DNA of 63,462 nt, counting the filler, from Octopus bimaculoides (Eukaryota): NCBI RefSeq assembly GCF_001194135.2. It is 7 parts of 6 records of this genome, joined end to end, with 100 filler letters (N's around TTAATTAATTAA, not from the genome) between each part and the next. Parts side by side here need not be neighbours in the genome. Positions count along the whole stretch, not along the records: positions 19,620 to 37,274 come from NC_068991.1; positions 37,375 to 42,861 come from NC_068996.1; 5 more parts are not named here. One strand, written 5' to 3'. A program made the translations under genes and the position numbers. Positions 27,185 to 39,555 of this stretch are shown here, one piece after another; within the stretch, counting starts at the first letter, position 1; each line of letters begins with the position of its first letter. A model generated the notes under the pieces. It did no database searches. It was not told the origin of the DNA and was given only the letters and a program-made list of their open reading frames with translations.

Positions 27185-27715
27185 TATGTATACTCTTTTA
27201 CTTGTTTCAGTCCTTTGACTGTGGCCNNNNNNNNNNNNNNNNNNNNNNNNNNNNNNNNNNNNNNNNNNNNNNNNNNNNNNNNNNNNNNNNNNNNNNNNNN
27301 NNNNNNNNNNNNNNNNNNNNNNNNNNNNNNNNNNNNNNNNNNNNNNNNNNNNNNNNNNNNNNNNNNNNNNNNNNNNNNNNNNNNNNNNNNNNNNNNNNNN
27401 NNNNNNNNNNNNNNNNNNNNNNNNNNNNNNNNNNNNNNNNNNNNNNNNNNNNNNNNNNNNNNNNNNNNNNNNNNNNNNNNNNNNNNNNGGGGGACAAACA
27501 CAGACACACAAACACAGACACACAAACACATACATACATACATATATATACGACGGGCTTCTTTCAGTTTCCGTCTACCAAATCCACTCACAAGGTTTTG
27601 GTCGGCCCGTGGCTATATAGTAGAAGACACTTGCCCAAGGTGCCACGCAGTGGGACTGAACCCGGGACCATGTGGTTGGTAAGCAAGCTACTTACCACAC
27701 AGCCATTCCTAAGCC
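27185..27715 (-). mobile_element. Family A/B SINE (spans an N gap)
   Basis: ttgtttcagtcctttgactgtggcc...gap...gggacaaacacagac...cgacgggcttctttcagtttccgtctaccaaatccactcacaagg...cttaccacacagccattcct. Confidence 0.88.
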
Positions 27716-28034
27716 TATATAGACACACACGCACATCTACGGATCTACAGAGAGACATACACACAGACAAAGCGCGAGTGAAAAGGAAGAGAAACAAATA
27801 TCTATCGACCTATCGACGATATTGATCAATCTATTTATATATTAGATTATCTATTAATCTATTTATCTTTCCCTCTCTCGTCCCCCCCTCTCTCTCTCTT
27901 TTCATCATTTTTGCGGTTTAGACCCAGGGCAACCCCGATCGAGCTAACCAACGATCAAAAGCATGCCACCCATGGCCATCGCATCTGTTTCTTTTCGTGT
28001 AGGGAAAAGACCCCCGCCCCTGGACCACATTATA

Positions 28035-28341
28035 TAATGTGATTTTACTTACTCTTTTTTTACTGCGGCCATGCTGGAGCACCGCCTTTAGTCGAGCAAA
28101 TCGACCCCTAGTACTTATTCTATCGGTGTCTTTTGCCGAACCGCTACGTTACGGGGACATAAACACACCAGCATCGGTTGTCAAGCAATGCTAGGGGGAC
28201 AAACACAGACACACAAACACACACATATACATATATATACATATACATATATACGACGGGCTTCTTTCAGTTTCCGTCTACCAAATCCACTCACAAGGCT
28301 TTGATCGGCCCGAGGCTATATAGTAGAAGACACTTGCCCAA
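28035..28341 (-). mobile_element. Family A/B SINE, head lost in gap
   Basis: actgcggccatgctggagcaccgcctttagtcgagcaaatcgacc...cgacgggcttctttcagtttccgtc...gacacttgcccaa, then Ns. Confidence 0.88.
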
Positions 28342-29747
28342 NNNNNNNNNNNNNNNNNNNNNNNNNNNNNNNNNNNNNNNNNNNNNNNNNNNNNNNNNNN
28401 NNNNNNNNNNNNNNNNNNNNNNNNNNNNNNNNNNNNNNNNNNNNNNNNNNNNNNNNNNNNNNNNNNNNNNNNNNNNNNNNNNNNNNNNNNNNNNNNNNNN
28501 NNNNNNNNNNNNNNNNNNNNNNNNNNNNNNNNNNNNNNNNNNNNNNNNNNNNNNNNNNNNNNNNNNNNNNNNNNNNNNNNNNNNNNNNNNNNNNNNNNNN
28601 NNNNNNNNNNNNNNNNNNNNNNNNNNNNNNNNNNNNNNNNNNNNNNNNNNNNNNNNNNNNNNNNNNNNNNNNNNNNNNNNNNNNNNNNNNNNNNNNNNNN
28701 NNNNNNNNNNNNNNNNNNNNNNNNNNNNNNNNNNNNNNNNNNNNNNNNNNNNNNNNNNNNNNNNNNNNNNNNNNNNNNNNNNNNNNNNNNNNNNNNNNNN
28801 NNNNNNNNNNNNNNNNNNNNNNNNNNNNNNNNNNNNNNNNNNNNNNNNNNNNNNNNNNNNNNNNNNNNNNNNNNNNNNNNNNNNNNNNNNNNNNNNNNNN
28901 NNNNNNNNNNNNNNNNNNNNNNNNNNNNNNNNNNNNNNNNNNNNNNNNNNNNNNNNNNNNNNNNNNNNNNNNNNNNNNNNNNNNNNNNNNNNNNNNNNNN
29001 NNNNNNNNNNNNNNNNNNNNNNNNNNNNNNNNNNNNNNNNNNNNNNNNNNNNNNNNNNNNNNNNNNNNNNNNNNNNNNNNNNNNNNNNNNNNNNNNNNNN
29101 NNNNNNNNNNNNNNNNNNNNNNNNNNNNNNNNNNNNNNNNNNNNNNNNNNNNNNNNNNNNNNNNNNNNNNNNNNNNNNNNNNNNNNNNNNNNNNNNNNNN
29201 NNNNNTATCAGATGCATTAGTTTGAAATATCAGCGAAATTTGGCTGCTGTTTCTAGCAGTGAAGAGACTCACTTGTTGACTCTACTTCTTTTTAGGGGTT
29301 TATGCAGTAAGGAAGCGGTGAACGCAGTTGTTTACATTTTCGATTTGTATAAGCGCAGGCGTGGCTCCGTGATTGCGAAAATTGTTTTGCAACCAAATGT
29401 TCTTGCGTTCCGTCTCACTGCGCCGCAATTTGGTAGAGCCCCGGGACCGACCAAAGCGCCATGAGTGCATTCGGTATAAGATAACTGAAAGAAACTGTTC
29501 CCAACCACATGGTACCGAGTTCAGGTAGACAACCATCATGTCACATGTATGTACATATACATGCATGCACGTATGTATGCACGTATGTATGCATGTATGT
29601 ATGTACATATATATATATACGTGTATATATGTGTGTGTGTTTTTGTGTTTATGTTGTGTTTGCACCCATTGGCAACCGTTGCTGGTTTGTCTACGTCGCG
29701 TAAGCTTTTCGGTAGAATATACCAATTGAATAGATACCAGAATTCAA

Positions 29748-29750
29748 ATA

Positions 29751-29815
<65 letters not shown>

Positions 29816-30063
29816 TGATTCTTGTTTTATTGGCCACAAGGGCTAATATAAATTAAAAACATGTAAGGACAAAGACAGGACGATGGTTACAAAGGGTTTT
29901 GTCCGAAAAGAAAACGTTCGTGTAAACAATGGAAAAACAGAGAAAGATATAACAAATAAAACTCCCAATAGGGAGAGGCGCTTCGAAAGGTTACACGTGG
30001 AAAAACCCATAAAAGCCACGGGAGCCTGGTCAGGAAATAAAAGGGGTATAGAGCCCCTTCACC
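29748..30063 (-). mobile_element. 5'-truncated Tx1-like LINE 3' UTR with (TTA)n tail
   Basis: The reverse complement aligns by eye with 4290-4420 (ttttattgttata...tttttccattgtttacac...agcccttgtggccaataaa) and is followed by an AT-rich triplet tail. Confidence 0.55.
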
Positions 30064-30548
30064 TTTTATATTACCTTTTTTTTACAAGTGTTACTTCAGA
30101 ATTAGTCCGTTCATACTGACCATTTTTCCAACAGTCACTCACCTTTGAACAAATAATAATAATAATAATAATTACCGGGCTCGATTTCTTCAACTAAAAA
30201 TCCTCCATAGGTCGTGCCCCAGCACGTCCGCAATCCGATCACTGCAACAAGTAAAAATTAAAGAATAAAAGGTTCTAGGTTCAATTCCTGCCAAGATCAA
30301 CGTAACCTTTTACCATTCAAGGTGGAGTTATGGAAAAAGGAGGGAGATACTATAAAACAGAATATTTATTCGGGGTGATGGAACGGCGGAGTATTTGGCG
30401 TGTCGGACAATATGTCTTGCAGGGCATTGGTCAAAGGATTTCCCTCCTGCATTTTTGGATGACTTCATCTGGATTAATACAACCATTTGGTCCAATTTAC
30501 TAGCATACTTAATATATGCCCTTCGTTTTCTATAGAGCAGGAGTTCTA

Positions 30549-30722
30549 TAGAGCTGTGACTGTGTGGTAAGCAGTTTGATTCCCAGCCACGTGGTTTCGA
30601 GTTCAGTCTGGCTGCATGACACCTTGGGCAAGTGTCTTCCGTTATAGCCTCGGATCAACCAAAACCTTGTGAGTGGATTTGTGAGACGGAAACTGAAAGA
30701 CGCTCGTCATATATCTATCTGT

Positions 30723-30770
<48 letters not shown>

Positions 30771-31135
30771 TTATCTGTCTGTCTGTCTGTCTGTCGCTCG
30801 ATGTATCTATCCATCTATATTTGAACAGAAACGCGACAAAGGAACAAATGGAATATTCATACAAAGAAATTCATCTCTGTTGTGCCTGCGTGCGTGCGTG
30901 CGTGCGTGCGTGCGTGTGTGCGTGCGTTCGTGTGTGTGTGTGTGAGTGTTTGCTGCACCACCGCTTGACAACCAGCGTTGGTGTATTTATGTACTCGTAA
31001 CTTAGCGGTTCAACAAAAGGGGCAGATAGAATGTGTAAAAGGCTTAAAAATTAAGTACCGCGGTCGATTCGTTCGACTAAAATTCTTGAAAGTGGTACCC
31101 CAGCATGGCAGCGGTCTAATGACTGAGACACACAT
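30549..31135 (+). mobile_element. Near full-length tRNA-headed SINE with internal microsatellite (family A/B)
   Basis: Head gctgtgactgtgtggtaagcagtttg...gtggtttcgagttcagtc (A/B-box-like), body accttgggcaagtgtctt...ggaaactgaaag, then (TATC)n/(TGCG)n, then 3' module cgcttgacaacc...gtaacttagcggttc...ccagcatggc...tgactgagac. Confidence 0.85.
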
Positions 31136-32444
31136 AATCAGATACATACGTACGTCTATGTGAGAATGTGTTTTAGGTATGTGAGTGTGCGCCCGTGTGT
31201 GTGTGTGAGTGTGTATGTTTTTTCTTCCTGTCCTTGTTTTTTTATACATTCGCTGCTTTCTTTCAAGGAATCTACTGCTCTTAGCTTAGTTTTTCCTTGG
31301 GGCTGGCCAGATTTGAGCAATATCGAGAATAACTATCCGAAATTGCAAGGATAGTCTGGATCTCGACTGAAGAAAGAAAAGTCCGAATGACATGTCCGTG
31401 TTTTCTTTGTATCGTCTATCTGGATGTTTTGTCCCTTTCTTGTATCACCTAACTGTCTGGATGTTTTGCGNNNNNNNNNNNNNNNNNNNNNNNNNNNNNN
31501 NNNNNNNNNNNNNNNNNNNNNNNNNNNNNNNNNNNNNNNNNNNNNNNNNNNNNNNNNNNNNNNNNNNNNNNNNNNNNNNNNNNNNNNNNNNNNNNNNNNN
31601 NNNNNNNNNNNNNNNNNNNNNNNNNNNNNNNNNNNNNNNNNNNNNNNNNNNNNNNNNNNNNNNNNNNNNNNNNNNNNNNNNNNNNNNNNNNNNNNNNNNN
31701 NNNNNNNNNNNNNNNNNNNNNNNNNNNNNNNNNNNNNNNNNNNNNNNNNNNNNNNNNNNNNNNNNNNNNNNNNNNNNNNNNNNNNNNNNNNNNNNNNNNN
31801 NNNNNNNNNNNNNNNNNNNNNNNNNNNNNNNNNNNNNNNNNNNNNNNNNNNNNNNNNNNNNNNNNNNNNNNNNNNNNNNNNNNNNNNNNNNNNNNNNNNN
31901 NNNNNNNNNNNNNNNNNNNNNNNNNNNNNNNNNNNNNNNNNNNNNNNNNNNNNNNNNNNNNNNNNNNNNNNNNNNNNNNNNNNNNNNNNNNNNNNNNNNN
32001 NNNNNNNNNNNNNNNNNNNNNNNNNNNNNNNNNNNNNNNNNNNNNNNNNNNNNNNNNNNNNNNNNNNNNNNNNNNNNNNNNNNNNNNNNNNNNNNNNNNN
32101 NNNNNNNNNNNNNNNNNNNNNNNNNNNNNNNNNNNNNNNNNNNNNNNNNNNNNNNNNNNNNNNNNNNNNNNNNNNNNNNNNNNNNNNNNNNNNNNNNNNN
32201 NNNNNNNNNNNNNNNNNNNNNNNNNNNNNNNNNNNNNNNNNNNNNNNNNNNNNNNNNNNNNNNNNNNNNNNNNNNNNNNNNNNNNNNNNNNNNNNNNNNN
32301 NNNNNNNNNNNNNNNNNNNNNNNNNNNNNNNNNNNNNNNNNNNNNNNNNNNNNNNNNNNNNNNNNNNNNNNNNNNNNNNNNNNNNNNNNNNNNNNNNNNN
32401 NNNNNNNNNNNNNNNNNNNNNNNNNNNNNNNNNNNNNNNNNNNN

Positions 32445-32666
32445 GTTATTGTCTGTTCGTTTCCATATTTTATACATGCCTGCATGTGCGTATCCGTCTG
32501 TATGTGTGTGTGTGTGTTTGTTACTGTCTGTTCGTTTCTACATTCTATATATGTCCGCGTGTGTGTATTCGTCTGTGTGCGTGTGTGTGTGTGCGTGTGT
32601 GTGTGTATGTGTGTGTTTGTTACTGTCTGTTCGTTTCTATATTTTATATATGTGTGCGTGTGCGTA

Positions 32667-32700
<34 letters not shown>
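32445..32700. repeat. Minisatellite with unique core plus variable (TG)n
   Basis: Core gtta(t/c)tgtctgttcgtttc..(a)ttttata recurs at about 32445, 32520 and 32619; abuts a ~1-kb gap. Confidence 0.8.
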
Positions 32701-32708
<8 letters not shown>

Positions 32709-33869
32709 TGTGTGTGCCTGCATGCACGCGCAAGTGTCTGTGTTTATCTGTGCGTCAGAAAGTCAGTCTGTGTGCGTATATGTTTCTTTATATACGCGTT
32801 TATGCGTATGTTTACGTTTGTGTTCCATCTTCGTTTGTGTGTGTATGCATATACCTCTCCGTATCTATATTCTGTAACTTTTCTATAAGGAGTTAGTTCT
32901 TTTTGTTCAAAATAAGGCCCTGGAACGGCGGCAAGCCGGCAGAACTGTTAGGTTACCGGGTATTTGTGGTCGACATTGCCTTTCATACCTTCGGGGTCGA
33001 TAAAATAAGTACCAGCTAAGCACTGGGGTCGATGTTATCAACTTAACCCCTTCACCGAAAGATTACTGGCCTTGTGACAAAGTCTGAAACCAGTACAGGG
33101 CTACTGTACCTACTAAAATGCAGGGTACATGTATCTAGATAAATACAGACTCATCGTATCTAGATAAATATAGAGATCTGTACCAAGTCTAATCTAAAGT
33201 TATGTCTTGTAATAAAAGAAAAGGATTAAGATTAAAGCGCATCTTTTATCCTAATCCTCCTTTGTAGTAAAAATAGACATTTGTTGTATGATTGATGTAT
33301 TACTTTAGCGTCTTATCTTCCATCCAGTGTTTATACACCCTACAGTTCAGTCCAACCACCCATCAATCCAACCATTCATCCTGCTGTCATCCACCCTGCG
33401 GTCACCCACTCTGCGGTCATCCACCCTGATGTTCAGTTATTTAGTCTGCGATCATCCTCCCAGCCGTCATCAAATTTTCTGTTGCTAGAAAACTCACCAA
33501 GTCGATGCTATCGATAACTGTTCGTCTGAGCTTTCCGTAAAGGGTTAATTGGGTGAGAGGCAGTAATCCTCCTGGATGGGCCTACGGTAGGTGGTTATAT
33601 ATATATTGTTCAAAACAGTTTGATTCAGATTTCGTGCACGGAAACCGAATTAAGCTGTTTTGAAGGATACATGTAACTCCAAACAAACAATATATGATAA
33701 TGACGTCATAAAGGAGAAAAGAGAATTACACATCTTTAAAAATCATTAATTGCAGTATTACTCTCATTAAATTCCAATCCTACACGTGTTTCAGTTTACT
33801 AAATGTCATAGTGTCTGTCCTTTGATGTCGCATTTGAGTGCCTAAATTTTTATTCATTTACTACACGAA

Positions 33870-34053
33870 GGCGTAGGAGTGGCTGTGTAGTAAGTAGCTT
33901 GCTTACCAACCACATGGTTCCGGGTTCAGTCCCACTGCGTGGCACCTTGGGCAAGTGTCTTCTACTATAGCCTCGGGCTGATCGAAGCCTTGTGAGTGGA
34001 TTTGGTAGACAGAAACTGAAAGAAGCCCGTCGTATATATATATATATATATAT
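33870..34053 (+). mobile_element. Family A/B SINE 5' half, running into (TA)n and a gap
   Basis: ggcgtaggagtggctgtgtagtaagtagcttgcttaccaaccacatggttccgggttcagtcccactgcgtggcaccttgggcaag...aagaagcccgtcg(TA)n. Other partial copies at about 648-915, 15425-15610, 21075-21169, 35390-35530, 54838-54910, 55049-55160, 55925-56020, 57595-57745 and 63300-63445. Confidence 0.9.
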
Positions 34054-36070
34054 NNNNNNNNNNNNNNNNNNNNNNNNNNNNNNNNNNNNNNNNNNNNNNN
34101 NNNNNNNNNNNNNNNNNNNNNNNNNNNNNNNNNNNNNNNNNNNNNNNNNNNNNNNNNNNNNNNNNNNNNNNNNNNNNNNNNNNNNNNNNNNNNNNNNNNN
34201 NNNNNNNNNNNNNNNNNNNNNNNNNNNNNNNNNNNNNNNNNNNNNNNNNNNNNNNNNNNNNNNNNNNNNNNNNNNNNNNNNNNNNNNNNNNNNNNNNNNN
34301 NNNNNNNNNNNNNNNNNNNNNNNNNNNNNNNNNNNNNNNNNNNNNNNNNNNNNNNNNNNNNNNNNNNNNNNNNNNNNNNNNNNNNNNNNNNNNNNNNNNN
34401 NNNNNNNNNNNNNNNNNNNNNNNNNNNNNNNNNNNNNNNNNNNNNNNNNNNNNNNNNNNNNNNNNNNNNNNNNNNNNNNNNNNNNNNNNNNNNNNNNNNN
34501 NNNNNNNNNNNNNNNNNNNNNNNNNNNNNNNNNNNNNNNNNNNNNNNNNNNNNNNNNNNNNNNNNNNNNNNNNNNNNNNNNNNNNNNNNNNNNNNNNNNN
34601 NNNNNNNNNNNNNNNNNNNNNNNNNNNNNNNNNNNNNNNNNNNNNNNNNNNNNNNNNNNNNNNNNNNNNNNNNNNNNNNNNNNNNNNNNNNNNNNNNNNN
34701 NNNNNNNNNNNNNNNNNNNNNNNNNNNNNNNNNNNNNNNNNNNNNNNNNNNNNNNNNNNNNNNNNNNNNNNNNNNNNNNNNNNNNNNNNNNNNNNNNNNN
34801 NNNNNNNNNNNNNNNNNNNNNNCGTTTCAGTTTCCATGTTCTGTGCCACTGTGCACGTACCTTGTTTCCATTTTGTGTGGAAACCCATCGTATGTGTGAA
34901 TGAATAAGTGTGTGTGTTTGTGTGTCTGTTTGTATGTGTTTGTGTGTGTATGTGTATGTGTGTATTTGTATTTTCTCCCACCACCACCACCACCACCGCT
35001 GCTCGACAACCAGTAGTGGTTCGTTTACACCCCCATATGCTAAAACTTGGATAAAAATGACCGACACAATAAAAAATATGAATAAAAATAGACTAAACAA
35101 TATAACAAAAATACAGGGACTGAAACAGGTAGAAGCTTCGGTTTAAAGGATGTATTGTATTTTGCTGTTGTCATTGTAGTTGTTGATTTTATCGTTGTTG
35201 TTTACAACCATGTCAACCCCAATTGAGCAAACCTATAATCAAAGTCTCCCGGTCAGCCAACCGTGACTTCCCTGTCAGTGTTTCACGCATTATATGTTAT
35301 TGGAATTATGCTATTCATAATTAATTGATATCAGGATTTCAATAATGGGCGGGGAAAAAAAAAGAGGAAACATTCTGCGTTAATAAAATAGGCGTGTAGT
35401 TAAAAGGATCGATCTGCAACCACGTCATTTCGAGTTCAATCCTACTGCGGGGTTAGTTTCTATGGGTGCGGCATAGTTAGATCTGCTGTATAAGCCTGTA
35501 TAAAGGTGGGAAAAAACTGAAGGGTCGTCTTCCGGCACATACCCAATTTCTGCCGCTATAAACAACGATTGTAAATAGAATTTACAAAGTAAACATCAGA
35601 AAATATTATCGATAACCAGTATTAATCAAACACGTTAAACCCAAGCCTGTACAGCGTCATAAATATAAGAGTGGAGGAACTAATTTCCCCATGTAAATGC
35701 TAAGAACGAATGGAACATCGTATCATGCGCATATCCTACATTACACTCAAGGACCACAAAATAAATTGGCTATTACCATCATATCAATTCAGTCAAATAG
35801 AGTTTGCCAAATATTCGGTCACATGGATCGCCCTAACCACCTACAAGCAGCCTATCTACCTTATTACAGATATAGTTTCATATATTGTTCGATTGATTAC
35901 AAGTAATGAGTTTCTATTTGAAACTACTAATGGCTATAAAATGAATGAGCAAATCTTTGCAATAACTTTGAACTGTTCATTTATTGGGTTATCTGCGTAT
36001 ATTCTGCACGCAAACACACACGCAGCCCCGCTCGCGCACGCACACATACTCACATGCACGCACGCACACA

Positions 36071-36125
<55 letters not shown>

Positions 36126-36159
36126 TTATATATATTCTCTCTGTTTTTTTTTTCTCTTA

Positions 36160-36295
36160 TTCCTTTCTTCTGAAGAGCCTAGGCTCGAAACGTAAAAGAC
36201 ATTTTTAGTTTTCATTTTCCCGAGCGTCAAACTAATACACTTGTTTGTTGTTCATACACCTGTCTTCGTATTTTGTCTTTCTATAAATTTCATAT
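36160..36295 (+). mobile_element. Penelope-like terminal segment (same family as 58960-59220)
   Basis: ctgaagagcctaggctcgaaacgtaaaagac...gagcgtcaaactaatacacttgtttgttgttcatacacctgtcttcgt matches the reverse complement of 58965-59085. Confidence 0.5.
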
Positions 36296-36314
36296 ATATA
36301 GATAAATATATATA

Positions 36315-36560
36315 CCAAGGTACATGGCCTTGCACTAACGATCTAGCGATCGTGGATTCGATTCGCGGACCAAGCAGTGAGTATCCTTGAACAAAACACT
36401 TGGCTCCACGTTGCTCCAACCCCCTCAGCTGTAAATAGGTATCCTTCTAATGAAGGGAAACGCTGGCCACCTCAGACAGTGGCATCTTTTGGAAGCTAAA
36501 ATGATGCAAAGCGCATTGTGGACAGTGATGTACAATGACGTCCGAAAATTTGGTCGATCT
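36315..36560 (+). mobile_element. Old tRNA-derived SINE (CORE-like centre); related copy at ~47705-47900
   Basis: tRNA-like head (gatcgtggattcgattcgcgg), then tatccttgaacaaaacactt...ccacgttgctcca...ctcagctgtaaataggta. Confidence 0.5.
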
Positions 36561-36918
36561 CCTCACACACACACANNNNNNNNNNNNNNNNNNNNNNNNN
36601 NNNNNNNNNNNNNNNNNNNNNNNNNNNNNNNNNNNNNNNNNNNNNNNNNNNNNNNNNNNNNNNNNNNNNNNNNNNATGTATGTATGTATGTATGTATGTA
36701 TGTATGTATGTATGCATGCATGTTCGCATGAATGTATGTGCGTATGTACGTATGTGTAAACGCATGTATGTAGAATGGATGAATGGATGTATATATGAAT
36801 GATTGGATATGTATGGATACATTTCTTTTACTATATTGAAACGCGTTGCGTGATGATGTTGAATGAAAATGCACAATTGACGATGAATATTTACATTTAA
36901 TATACCACAAAAATGTTC

Positions 36919-36976
<58 letters not shown>

Positions 36977-37215
36977 TTCACGCACAGCACCATCACCACC
37001 ACCACTAATAACAAAAATACTACAACATCAATAACAAACGCAACAATAAATATATAGTATAACATAATGCTTAATACTATGTACGTAGAAATATACACAG
37101 ATGTATACGTAGATACGTAGTATATATCATATACATTTTCATATAAGAGCGGTATAATAAATCGTATATGTATATATTTACATACACCCTACACACATGG
37201 ATAAGGCTGTGCGTG

Positions 37216-37250
<35 letters not shown>

Positions 37251-37387
37251 TATATACATATATACATGTATATANNNNNNNNNNNNNNNNNNNNNNNNNN
37301 NNNNNNNNNNNNNNNNNNTTAATTAATTAANNNNNNNNNNNNNNNNNNNNNNNNNNNNNNNNNNNNNNNNNNNNTGTGTGTGTATAA

Positions 37388-37462
<75 letters not shown>

Positions 37463-38805
37463 GATCGATACCAGATGGTCAGGCGTCTACTGTTGACAAT
37501 ACGAAGGAAGGCTAAAATCGTCCTGGCAGCGGCGATGGCAGTTGATTATTTCCAGTTAGCAATGTAAACATGTGTTCATATACACCACAAAACCATGTAA
37601 GAGGTTCTCTCGTGGTAGCTATCGCAGTATCCTGTGTTCTAAACACAGCATTCACGTTTAAATGGGGATTAATATTTACCTTTTGGTATTAATATCGCTT
37701 TTGTCACTAGCCATTATTTCTTAATACGCCCACTGGCTATTTGAGACACCAGTGTCTGATTAAGTACTGTCATTCTATGCAAATATTGCTAGCGGAGCAG
37801 GTGTTTTTCTAGCGGCCTGGCATCTACGATTGAGAAGGTAAAAGAAGAATGAAATAACGTGATGTCGTAATCCTCGCAGAAACGATGGTGGTGGTTGTCT
37901 CCCGCTTGCGACATAAACAAGAGTGTTCATATGCAACACAAAACCATGTGAGAGGTTTTCTCATGGTAACTATCGCATTATTCTGTATTCCAACACAATA
38001 TTTATGATGATAAATTTTACTTCTGGTATTAGTACCGGTTTTGTCGATAATAATTATATACATACATACATACATATATATATATGCATACATATATATA
38101 TATATATATATANNNNNNNNNNNNNNNNNNNNNNNNNNNNNNNNNNNNNNNNNNNNNNNNNNNNNNNNNNNNNNNNNNNNNNNNNNNNNNNNNNNNNNNN
38201 NNNNNNNNNNNNNNNNNNNNNNNNNNNNNNNNNNNNNNNNNNNNNNNNNNNNNNNNNNNNNNNNNNNNNNNNNNNNNNNNNNNNNNNNNNNNNNNNNNNN
38301 NNNNNNNNNNNNNNNNNNNNNNNNNNNNNNNNNNNNNNNNNNNNNNNNNNNNNNNNNNNNNNNNNNNNNNNNNNNNNNNNNNNNNNNNNNNNNNNNNNNN
38401 NNNNNNNNNNNNNNNNNNNNNNNNNNNNNNNNNNNNNNNNNNNNNNNNNNNNNNNNNNNNNNNNNNNNNNNNNNNNNNNNNNNNNNNNNNNNNNNNNNNN
38501 NNNNNNNNNNNNNNNNNNNNNNNNNNNNNNNNNNNNNNNNNNNNNNNNNNNNNNNNNNNNNNNNNNNNNNNNNNNNNNNNNNNNNNNNNNNNNNNNNNNN
38601 NNNNNNNNNNNNNNNNNNNNNNNNNNNNNNNNNNNNNNNNNNNNTATATATATATATATATATATGCAGAGTGAGAGAGAGGGGGAAAAGTTCCTCTATG
38701 AGTGTGTGTGTTGTGGAGAACGAATGAAATAAAAGTTGATATGATAGAGGAATAAAACAAATACAATGGAATAGAAATACGGCAAGAAAAACGAGCAGCA
38801 CCAGC

Positions 38806-38806
<1 letters not shown>

Positions 38807-38857
<51 letters not shown>

Positions 38858-38863
38858 ACAGCA

Positions 38864-38924
<61 letters not shown>

Positions 38925-39228
38925 CTGGTTTGCATTAACGTAGTGGTTGTATTTGTCGTGTTTGTTATGATCGTTAAGTTGGTGGTGGTATCAATAGAGT
39001 GGTTGTGGTTGTGGTTGTGGTTGTAGCGTTGGTGGTGGTGTCAGTGGAATGATGGTGGTTGTGGTGGTTGTTGTGGTGGTGTCAGTGAAATGATGGTGGT
39101 ATTGGTGGTGGTGGTGGAGCGATGATGATGGGGGTGGCAGTGACGTGATGGTGATGATAGTGATGGTAGTGGTGGTGGTGATGGTGGTGGTGGTGCTAGT
39201 GGTGATGGAGGTGGTAGTAGGAGTAGTG
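38807..39228. repeat. (TAG)n followed by degenerate (GGT/GAT)n
   Basis: Read directly. Confidence 0.9.
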
Positions 39229-39524
39229 NNNNNNNNNNNNNNNNNNNNNNNNNNNNNNNNNNNNNNNNNNNNNNNNNNNNNNNNNNNNNNNNNNNNNNNN
39301 NNNNNNNNNNNNNNNNNNNNNNNNNNNNTATATATATGTATGTATGTATGTATGCATATGTATATATATATGTATGTATATATGTATGTCTGTATGTATA
39401 TGTGTGTATGTATATATGTCTGTATGTTTATATGTATACATATATGTGTGTATGTATGATCGTCTAGATATATAGATAGATAAAAAAAATGGATAGACAG
39501 ACAGATAGATAAATAGATAGATAG

Positions 39525-39555
<31 letters not shown>

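Noticed and set aside
25541-27591. 339-aa and 329-aa Leu/Ser-rich minus-strand ORFs
   Set aside because: A by-product of CT-rich low complexity, which lacks stop codons.
30137-30160. Minus-strand AAG|GTGAGT ratchet-like site
   Set aside because: The acceptor derives from a SINE (ATT)n tail and uses the rare AAG; probably chance.
35697-36010. 161-aa ORF and overlapping 69-aa ORF
   Set aside because: No recognisable domain; the tail runs into microsatellite and there is no splice context.
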